This document shows, one piece after another, positions 37,002 through 47,636 of a stretch of 64,000 bases of DNA. The notes beneath the pieces were generated by a model. It saw only the letters and a program-made list of their open reading frames with translations, was not told the origin of the DNA and did no database searches. The stretch's first letter is position 1. Every line of letters starts with the position of its first letter. The stretch covers positions 8,122,001-8,186,000 of the forward strand of contig CM082590.2 in assembly GCA_040954595.2 (NCBI GenBank), read 5' to 3'. Source of the DNA: Balanoglossus misakiensis. Lineage: Eukaryota > Animalia > Hemichordata. Both the position numbers and the translations under genes were made by a program.

Positions 37002-38021
37002 CATGGCCAACTGAGATCTAGCCAATCACAGATTTTTAATGGGTGCCACACGCGATAAAAAGAGCGCCATCATTCTTTAGAACCCTCAGATACGCCATTT
37101 TTGCCATTTATGGACATATGTAAATTAGGGGTAACTGTGTCCCTTTAAGACAAAAAGTGCGCTCTCAACGTTCATGTAAGCGAAACAGCTGGCTAACAGG
37201 CAAGCCAAGTCCTCGCCTCCCACAAACTGTGCTGTTTTACTTTTCAATTAAAATGTGCAAAGTCAGGACTAACAACATTCAACTTACCTTTGTAAGAAGA
37301 CGGTTGGTGACAAACTTGGACAGGTTAAAATCTGACCACATTCCCCCGCATAGACGCCTGGTTGATGAAATACATTTTCCAATCCACAAGGAACACATTT
37401 TCTTCATAAAAATAAATAAAAGTGATACTACGAATATTGAAGCCCAACGTTGAAACCCACAGACTGAAACTCCACTACAGGCATGGTATCTTCGTCGTTT
37501 TCGCCGGAGAAGTTGTCCAAAAGTTAGAATATACAACAGATATCGCCAACACCAGTTGCAAGTAATCTCCATCTTCTGAGATGAACCATATTTGCATAAT
37601 AAATTTAATATATGCTATTATCAAATGACGTCATTAAAACTTTTGCGGGCACTGCTAGTACTATGGCAACGGGTCAGTAATTTGCTCAAATCATTGAGCA
37701 TCGAGGTTTTTATTTAAAGCCGGTGATTTCACCTTGATATCAGATCAAACCATTTCGCTTTTCGTGTCGCGCCGTGCCTTGGGTTTTATATTTCGAAGGA
37801 TCATGAATCAAGACCACTCACTGATGCATGATGGGAGTGATGATAGTCGTCACGGACTCGGCGAAACCCCCCCCCCCCCCCCCCCCCGCCCTGCTCAGAT
37901 ATCGGTTTGAATACTGTGGCAGAGGAAATTTATAATCGAAGCCTGACAGAGAAATTAAAGAAACAAATAGTATTTCTCTCTCTGTATTGAAAGTATGGTT
38001 CATGGTTGATATCAAACTTCT

Positions 38022-38037
38022 GTCACTAGAGGGCGCA
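38022..38037 (+). promoter_or_regulatory. CTCF-like motif between the TRIM gene and the Nrf 3' end
   Basis: TCACTAGAGGGCGCA versus the CTCF core CCACYAGRKGGCRS. Confidence 0.5.
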
Positions 38038-40552
38038 AACAACTTTACGTAAATTTCATAAGCACAGAAAGTACTAGAAATGTCTTTTATATAATATAAA
38101 AACGATTTATTTCTTTATATAAGGATGCCATGAAAACCGGAAAATGCGCAACCAACTTGGGGAGCCTTCCGGAAATCCCACCACAATATTTCAGGGTGAA
38201 AGTTCATTCCAAATGTCCACCGAAGGTCAAAGTCACAAAAGACTGCCAGTAGTTTTACCAGGTACCATGTATACCAGTGAAGTTAGTTGATCAAAGCAGT
38301 GGATGTAGGGGATCATTGTACCTGTATATTTCAACAGAAAGGTCACTGTGTCATGTGATCGTGCAGGGTACTTATACATAATACACATACAGTCAAATGT
38401 GTGTTAGTGGTAACCTCTATATAACAGAAACTTGTCTATATTGGCCACTTTGTTACTGTCCCAGAACTAAAGGTGATGCTATGGCCTTTATATGTGCAAA
38501 AAGGTGGCTTTGAGGTCTGAGCTTTTTACCTGTGATGTGTGTTTAGCACTAAGCATGGCAGATCAGCAACACTGAATTTTGGAGACACCCCCAATGGTCA
38601 CATGACCCGAATTCAGAGAAATCTGGAGCATTTCATTTCCTGAAATGTCTTTACAAGACCGAATATCTTATGATTGTGGCCAACATACAGATGCATCATG
38701 AAAATATAATTTCATTCCTCTATAAAACAAATTCAGGAAAAAGAAACAAAACAAAAACAACACATCCTAATTGTCTTTTTAGTCTTTATTTCTGTCATAA
38801 GACTACTTATACAACAGACAAAGCCTGTCCACATTTGTATCAAATATTCAATATCTCTAAGAAATAAAAAAACAATAATCTCTATTGTATTAAACTGAAC
38901 TTTGACCCATGAACTCTGACCTTCAAAATGCCACATACATCAATTCATTGAATAATTACATATGAACTTTTTACATATTCTTTTTGAGCTTTATGAGACG
39001 ATATCATAATTCTATCCCTCTAATGAACTCTGTCAAAGTGTATAAATGACAACAAATAAAGAAAATTCTTTAATTGAAATTATTCTACACTCCCAAATGT
39101 AGCGATGATATTCTCTAGAAAATAATGTTTTGAAAAATGAAAATATACTTGGGATATTAATATGCCTTGCTTGAAAGTGATGTCTGATATATTTTGGAAA
39201 ATACACAGAAAAATAGGCTGAACACATCAAAATCAGGATTTATATGCCCACAGTCACTCAATTTCTACTTCCAGAATTTTTTCATTGACTTTCATGTCAT
39301 TTTTAACTGTACAAAGTTACAAATTGCAAAAGTTCTACATTGTAGAGAGCACACGAGGTGAAAATTTTCCAGAACTTTCCAGGATTAACCCTTTCACCAC
39401 CATGGTTCAGTCCAAACCCATTGTCTGCTAAGGTAAAGTTGGACCTCTAAACAAAGAAATAGGGGTGAAAGGGTTAATTTAGCATTTTCAAAGAACGTAC
39501 AAAAACCCTGTAACTCTCCAAGGGTACAGTCATACAAAAGAGTCGGGGAGGGGGAAATAAAACAATATACAAACATCAAAAAGTGGCAGGATCTTACACA
39601 CAACAGAAATCATTTTTTTTTTACAAAAGTATATACAATGTTACGTCCTCTCAAATTTCGTTCCTTTTTTCATGAACTGAACCACAGAGAACAGAATACT
39701 CTCACATATTTACAAACTTAAACTAACGGGCCACTTTAAGCCTTTCACCACCATGGTTCGGTCCAAACCTATTGTTTTCTATGGTAAGGCTGGATCTCTA
39801 AACATAGAAATGGGGGTGAAAGGGTTAAAGATTGTTACTTTAGTGAAGTCTACTGTAAGTGTAAAAAATGCAATTCGCCTGACCAGCATTTACTGGAAGT
39901 TGAAGATTTTTTTTGTATGTTTTTTTTCTCGCTTATTTGAGCTACAAGTATACTCCAAGACTCTGAATTCACTCTGAAATATTTATGGACCTCAAGAAAA
40001 CAAAAAAATAGACAAACTGAAATTGTTTACTCCTGTTTCATTACTGTCAAATGTTTTGATGTTTATTCCATGTATCTCCATGGAAAACTGTTGTCGTAGA
40101 AACAAGTGATTTTAAACTTTACAGCAAATAAATGCCAACAATAGGGTAGCTTTACACAGCGACTAAAAAACCCAAATCAGGAATATTTCTATTGGCGGAT
40201 TTATACTTCAATAGTAGCGAGATATCCTCTATCTGCCCCACATTGTGCGCTAGTGCTATGTACAAGTTTGCCTTCACACAAACATTTTCATTTTCATGCA
40301 TAATACCTTTGAGCTGAATCTGAAGATTGTTCACAAATCTTCACCCCTTTCACCACCATGGTTTGGTCCAAACCCATTAATATCTGTGGTAATGATGGAC
40401 CTCTGTATAAGGGAAATGGGGGTGAAAGGGTTCACATAGGTCTATGCAAGAGATGGAAAATGGTTCTTCAGAGCGCACGGTTTCATAGTCAATATCTATG
40501 CATATTTAGGGCGTAGTTTGAAATTTAGCACAAACAGGAATTTTTTTCTGAT

Positions 40553-43500
40553 TTATTCAGCGTCACGTTTCTTCCTGCTGGATTTACTCTTGTGCTTCTG
40601 ATCTTTGGTGTTTTTCGAAATGGCAGTGTTCGGCACCAGGAACACGTTCCCGTCGGTCGACTGTTGCAAGGAGAACTCCTGAGGGTTGTAGGGCTGCCCG
40701 GACTCGTCGCGCAGACTCTCGAAGACCTCCCGGTACAGCGTCTTGAAGCGGTCCTTCATCTCGGCCGTCTCTTTGTCGATCATGCGCTGCTCCTTCCGCA
40801 GCTTGTCCTTCTCCGCGCGCATGTTGGCCACCTCGTCCTCCAGCGACACGATGGCGTCCATCTTCCGCTTCCGGCAGAACTGCGCCGCGACTTTATTCTT
40901 CCCGCGCCGCCGGATATCCCGGATGAGCGCCAGCTGCGGCTCCGTCAGTTCGTACTTCGACAAAAGTTCGTTGAACTCCTCCACCGGTAGTTCGATGATC
41001 TTATCATTACTGATCGGCAAACCCAAACCCTTGGCTCGTTTCTCGTCGCGACTTAACCTCTGACCTTTCCTGTCCTTCTTCGACGGTGACCTATCAAGAT
41101 TCCATTCTCCGCCACCCCCGCGTTTCTTGCCATCATGTTGTTGATCGGAATCACTGGGTTGTGGGTATGTGTGGTTATGCTTGATGTGGTCCATAGACGG
41201 TGGCTCTGAACTCATCCTTTGATATTTCTCATACTGTGATGGTTCTTTTGTAACTTCCTTTCCTGATAAAAAACATCCACAAATATTTCATTAAAAATTG
41301 ATTCATGGTTACAATATGGCAATCACCCTATCCAAAACCCTACCTAATTTTAAGTTTATGTATGGTCAAAATTATGTGTACAAGTCTTCCAGTGACCACA
41401 TTCATTAATGGTCTAAACACGGCAAACACTTTTCCCCTAACTGGGCATGTAGAAACAAGAATGTGACTGCAATATTCTTGTGCTAAGCTTGATCATTAGA
41501 GCACCCTTGCCCGATCTCACAACAAAGTGTGCACTGAATTTGCTTCATAGATGATGTTGCCAGAATACAATCTTCCAGCAAGCAGTAGATACATAAAACA
41601 AAAATACTAGAACATAGCGAGCGAAAAGTTACAGATAACAATGTTTTGAATTACAAGCATTAACCGAACTCACCGGTCAAATACTGATCCATGTAATCAC
41701 CAGCAGTAGCCCCCTCTATGTCACCATAGACACTATCGCCATCGATACCGTCATCTTCACTGCTTTCACGATGGAACGAGGACACTGACATAGTCTCGTT
41801 CCAGTCACTTACACTACCTGAGAAATAAAAGCAAATAACAACGTTGTGATCTCCTCAAGTCAATATATGCAGCTGTAGCCAACCAAACTTAACCAAGCCA
41901 TTGTCAGCTCAGTGTTAGCAAAGACACAAACCCTTCATTGGTACTGTACTAGGTGCTGCCATTAAAGCCTCTCTCGCTGCCCCTTTTCCCATTAATTATG
42001 TTTGATACAAGACGCCATGTATGTTATTCTACACGTGGATATACATGTATAGTGAATCAATGTTCGACCAGACACAACTTCTATCCCGTTTGTAAGATAT
42101 GAGAGTAAAAATCTCGCCAAAATGAATAAACGGTGAACACCAATTATTCATTTTGGCAAGTTTTTCACTCTGGTGTCTATAAACAGGATGGAAGTTGTGT
42201 GTGGCCGAACCTTGATTCACTATATATCTACATGTACATTAACATGAAGGGTGTCTTGTATCAAACATAATTAATGGAAAAAGGGCAGCGAGAGAGACTT
42301 TGATCCTTTAATAAAAACACTGGAGTATGTAGACGGGCAAGATTTTACAACTTACCACTTCCGCTGTTGACTGACACGGCAGAATCTCTGTCATCGGAGC
42401 TGGCCGGACTGTTCACCGCTGCCTCGGCCAGATTGGTCAACGTCTCCAGATCTTCATCCATGGAGAGATCCATCATTCCGATCTCTTCCAGCATGGAGTC
42501 GCTGACCAGCGACGCCAGCAGGGAATCCGAGGTGTTCGTGTTCGCGTTGGCCCCGAAGCTGACGTTGACGTTGTTGTTCGCCCCCGGGTAGTCCATGGAG
42601 AAGTTGGACATCTCGCCGCTCGTCCCCATCGGCGGGGAACTGATGCGCAGGTTTTCAAGTGTCTGCGTCGGTGATAGCATCGACGTGTTCTGCAGCAGGT
42701 TGGTGATGTTTTCATTGGTGATGTTTTCAGTGGCGATGGTAGCGTTCTGCAGACTGACGTTGCCGTTGGTGGTCGCGTTGACCGCGAACGCGTCGTTGGC
42801 GGGCTGCGTGCCCGCCGCCGCCGCGGCCAGGTCGAACTGCAGCAGCTCCGTCACGCTGGCCAGATCCTGCCACTGCTGTTCGAAGTCGGGCGAGGGCAGC
42901 GACGAGCCGGAACTGTCTCCGTCCACCGAGAGTCCCTCCTCGTCCAATGCCGCCACGTCGTTGACGTTCTGCTGCCGCGCGTGCTCGCGCAACATCTGGA
43001 TGCACTCCTCCAGGTTGTAATCGATCATGTCGACGTCGAGGGCGCTGTTCCCCGTCCCGCTCTCAACACTGGGGGCGCTTGCCAGCGGCGCCGACTGAGG
43101 CGTGAGCGGGATATACTCTCCCGTCTCGCTATCCACCCGGTATTCAATCCCGGCCCACTCGTCCACCTTCTCCACATCCTTCTGTCGCTCCAGTTCCAGC
43201 TGCTTCTCCTTCTCCAGCTCCTTCTGCCGGTACGATCCATCGTAGATCTCACGGCAGACGCCCATGTCGATGTCCTGCTTCCACAAGACGTCGATCAAAT
43301 CCATGTCCTGCAAACAACAAAAGATGAAACAGAAAATAAATACCAGCATAGATACAAACAAGGACAGTTCCTGTTATTTAACCCTTTCACCACCATGGTT
43401 TGGCCCAAATCCATTGTTTTCTAAGGTAAATCTGGACCTCTATAAAGGGAAATGGGGGTGAAAGGGTTAAAAAAATAAAAACGATGTCTCCAAATATGCT

Positions 43501-46500
43501 GGATAGTGTTCAGCTTGTCCAATCACCCTGTGTGCATGTACACACTATGATCACCTCTGTTGTCGACCAAATGAATACAGCGTTGACTTCAGAAATTCTC
43601 TGCCAGCTCCTAACACTCTCGATGTGTGAAGACAGTGCAATACATCTGATAACCATAACTGGTACATTGTCACCGATTCCAGCAAATGTCTCGGATAAAA
43701 ATATACCCTCAACTTAACAAGACTGGTAGTACAACTCACCAACCACCCATCATTACATGTACAATCTGCATGTACCAATTACTTAACACATAACAAGCCT
43801 AATTTGCCTTCAATAAGTATTGCAATTTTCTGCCGAAAACTTCCCACTGATAATTGATGTTGGGCTTTTACACACCGAAATAAAAGCGACAAGATCGGAT
43901 TTTACCTGGAAATAGCGGAACCCATGATTGAACACGGACCTCGGTCTATGCCAGAACACAGGCACTGCACAGGCCCGTCTGCGATACGTCCCATACATGC
44001 GTACGTACGTCCCATACATGAGTACGTTGCGCAAATAACAGCATATCGCCTACCAAGTTTTATATAAACGCGAGCAAATTATACCCCTTAGGTTAATGAT
44101 CATAATTAGGGAGTTAATAGTGCAGGTAAATTTGCATACTGCAGGAAAGTTGCTGGTAGGAATTAGCATAGTTGTATATCGACACCTGTCTAAACATGTG
44201 CTTCGTGGAATATAATATGATTTTTAATATGAAATTGAGAAGTAAATCTTTCGTCAGAAAGCCAGGGATTTTTTAAACAATCTTGGAGACATTTTCATGT
44301 CGACTAAAACGAAAACTCCCAAGAGGTGAAGAATATTGTTTTAACCCTTTCAAACGTAGTACCCTCTATAGTCCGATTTATATAAACGCAAGAACATTAA
44401 AACCCTTAGGTTAACGATAATTATGAGGGTCAGTAAAGCATGAAGGTCAGTAGAGCAGTCACTTGGTATTTCTGCTGGCATACACGTAACATTCTGCACA
44501 ATTTGAATGCGATGGCATCTCAGCACATATGCAAAGTGATTCGACATCAAATTGGCCGAGTCAACTTTGGTAGATATTGCTACAACGCAGATAAATTCTC
44601 AGTTGAACAGATCCTCCTGTAAGAACTGGAAGGACAACCCTATCACCCCTTTTTCCATGTCCATAGACTCAACCAAAATATTGACAATGATGGGGTTGGA
44701 CCAGACCATTGCGGTGAAAAGGGATTATCATTCTCGTTCATTCTGAAGTAGATCTCTAAATTTTTTTACCAATTTTCGAATTTCATTCACTCTGACAATA
44801 ATACACAAATATAGTGTCAGACTCAACCAGACCATCCAGCATAAATGCCAACAGACATCTAAAATTAATTTGTTGACAAACGTTTGTTTATCAAATGTCA
44901 CTTAATATGATTCATTAGTGCCCACACAAAACAAGTATTGATTCTATTTTTTGCCATTAATGGGTACATCGCTGACTTATAGCTGCCCTGAATATGCAAA
45001 TTCCAAGCCCAGGCCTCTTAATTGTTGCGCAATTATCCAACTCAAATATTGATAAACACTGATCAGACAGTCTGCAAACAAGGTTGTTAAACACACAGAA
45101 ATAACCTCAATAGTTTACACTTTTTCTCTTCTGTATTTTCACTAAATTTGTGTTGTAATTGTATCCCATGGCTATGAAACAAATAAATATACATGTTATC
45201 GTAACATACACTGTACATACGCCCCATGGTGTGGTCAATTTCTTATGTTCAGATGTGCAAATTTCAATTTATCTGAATGATCAATTATCTAAACAAAATC
45301 AAACCTGCCCATCAGTTTTGGATAATCTGCATTCGACCGTAGTCATTTATATCTTCACTAGGATTTAATTCAGTGGATCTTATTAATCAGCGAAAAAAAG
45401 CAAAATTTAAACCTAGTGAAACATTGATGCTTTAAATTTACAGAACTATTGCAAATTACCAAAGGAATCATATAGCTCCAAGGTGATATGTCAATATACG
45501 TTATCTAACCTATGCTTATGTATTCCCACATGTACTGTTGTCAACAGATCACATGATCCGGTGACCTTCAGACGCCCCAGCACATGTTCAGAACATGTGA
45601 GCAGTCATTCACCTAGTCAGGTGTCTGCCAACCTTTGACCTAACACTCAATCGCAAATAGCTCCACTGTCCTTGCAAGCAGAAGTCCTCACGTTCCAGCC
45701 GGGTATTAATTAAATTAATTAATAAAATTTCTTTCTCATTTTTTCATATACCGTGCTCCACACATCAATCTTTTCTGAATTCATTTTCATACCCCCCTTT
45801 TGTAGCTGTTTACAATGGCTTTGTCTTAGCGATAATTAATTCACGACCCTTTCATGAATATTTTATCAACCCCCCACCTGTTCCAAGTTTTGCTAACTTT
45901 TTGCAGAGAAAACGTTTGATATAATCATTATATCAAATGTTTTCTCTGAAAAAAGTTGGCATTAAATGTACAGAAACAAACATGCAATTAACGTTCCTGC
46001 AAGCAATGTATATTTCACAGAGGTCTTCCATTGACAGCCACGAACAGGTGTGACTAATGTTAAAAGTTCCCTGCTGTCAAAATATAAATTTTGATAACGC
46101 ACGCTGTCATCTTTGCCCTGGATTCAATCACACAGTTGTTGTTTTTTCACAAAATCACAGACACGAAATCGTGATCTCTGATTACGTTTTCTAGGTCATT
46201 TAACATTGAAGAGGAACAGAGAACCTCTTTCAAATTTCAAGTTCCTTTGTTTTCAAACCTTCGGGCAAATTCATAGGCAAATCTGACAAGATTCTTTTGT
46301 TTGATTCAGTCTGCCATGTGCCCTACATTTGATATCCAAGGACATTTTCAATGACATCGTACGCAATGCATAGTACATAGATCAACAGCAAATACAGAGA
46401 TCACAGGGAAAATATTCATGACAAAAGTTTTGATAAAATGTCTGAAACTTTTGAAATTGGGTAGCAGTTGGGGGGGAAATGTGCAGTTTGGGAATGGAAA

Positions 46501-47064
46501 GTTTGAATGAAACAGGTTGTTGGTTACTCAGTGTTTTGGACGTGTGTCGTTTCAAAAGAATACAGAATTTACTAGTACAAATGGTACCTCTCTAGTTAAT
46601 TCACTGCCAGGCCACTGTATATCGAGCTGCATCAAATTATCTTCGCTAACGTTTTCCTGGGCTGTCTCAACTTCGCTGGTCTCATCTTCATTGTTGTTCT
46701 GGTCGCTGTTCAGATTGAAGGTGCGACCGACAGGAATAGTGTCATGTCTGTCCAACAACAGCGCTGTAATGTCCAAATCAGCAGCTCTGTAATTCCCACT
46801 GTTCAGCGCCTGCAGCTCTTGGAAAATCGACTCTTGGAAGCGATCGGAGTTGATGCTTTTCGGGTGGATACTGAACCCGTCAATTTCATTGTAAATATTG
46901 TGAAACTGAGTCTGTGTGTAGGCGAGACTTTGGCCTAAAATAAGTTCATTGAGCTCGGGGAAATATCGTAAATTTGTCCTCAAATACGAGTCCCAATCGA
47001 CCCTAAAGAGACTCAATAATATTGTCAGTTGTAAGATACTTTCCGTCCATCGTTTCTTCTGCAT
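40553..47064 (-). CDS. NFE2L1: CNC-bZIP transcription factor Nrf (NFE2L1/NFE2L2 co-orthologue, CncC-like), 4 coding exons
   Basis: Exons 47064-46588 (MQKKRWTESILQLTILLSLFRVD, NHB1 ER anchor), 43307-42356 (DMDLIDVLWKQDIDMG, DSETGE, N-x-S/T-rich region, DSAVS), 41817-41674 and 41262-40553 (HNHTY, SRDEKRAK, IRDIRRRGKNKVAAQFCRKRK, zipper, GNVFLVP). Confidence 0.95.
41966..42307. mobile_element. Kolobok-like palindromic MITE, copy 3 (Nrf intron)
   Basis: CTCTCTCGCTGCCCCTTTTCCCATTAATTATG...CATAATTAATGGAAAAAGGGCAGCGAGAGAGACTTTGATCCT|TTAA. Confidence 0.8.
43378..43470. mobile_element. piggyBac-like MITE of about 90 bp, intact copy
   Basis: TTAACCCTTTCACCACCATGG...GGGGGTGAAAGGGTTAA. Confidence 0.8.
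43906..44019 (-). CDS. Candidate alternative first coding exon of Nrf (anchor-less, Nrf2-like isoform)
   Basis: ATG at 44019, 38 open codons (MYGTYVRMYGTYRRRACAVPVFWHRPRSVFNHGFRYFQ) ending CAG|GTAAAA in phase 0, matching the phase-0 DMDLID exon; TATA-like TATATAAAA about 40 bp upstream. Confidence 0.45.
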
Positions 47065-47590
47065 GGTTAGCGGTGATTCCTTTGTGGTGTCGAAGCGGAT
47101 CCCAAACAAAGGAATCCAAAATCAGCAATGTGTTTGTCAACAGTTCCGTTGAGATAACAACACTTTGTCACATCACAAGTCCAGGGAAAAACTCAGCGAT
47201 CCAGGAAAAGTAGAAACGACGACTGCCTGAAGATCGTATAGGTATTTTCACGAGGGTCAAGCTTTCGGATCTGTGCCTTACCAGTGTCGCTGGGGTTGGG
47301 GTGTGAGCAATGTCAATAAATAGAAATTTGGTAATGTTTGAACAGGAAGACAAGAGGCCCTCCAAGGGCACGTGAAACCAGCGTGTTTGCAGACCAACCC
47401 AAAAATCGCCAGGAAAATCAGTACAGCACCGCTTTTCCTCGTCGTTTCACCAGAATTATGTATATATTCACCACTCCGAGCCAAAACAACACCAGGAAGG
47501 GATCCTCGACTGAAAAATTCCCCTTTGCCGGCTGAAATCTCGAACCTTCGATATGTGGTCCGATCTTTCTCTGTTGCAAAGACACTGGGT

Positions 47591-47636
47591 ATGAGTCAGC
47601 ATAAAGGCAATGACGTCATACCACCACTGCGCATGC
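47591..47636. promoter_or_regulatory. Nrf upstream cluster: ARE/MARE, CRE and GCGCATGC motif
   Basis: ATGAGTCAGCA at 47591-47601, TGACGTCA at 47611-47618 and TGCGCATGC at 47628-47636, about 530 bp upstream of the Nrf ATG. Confidence 0.6.
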
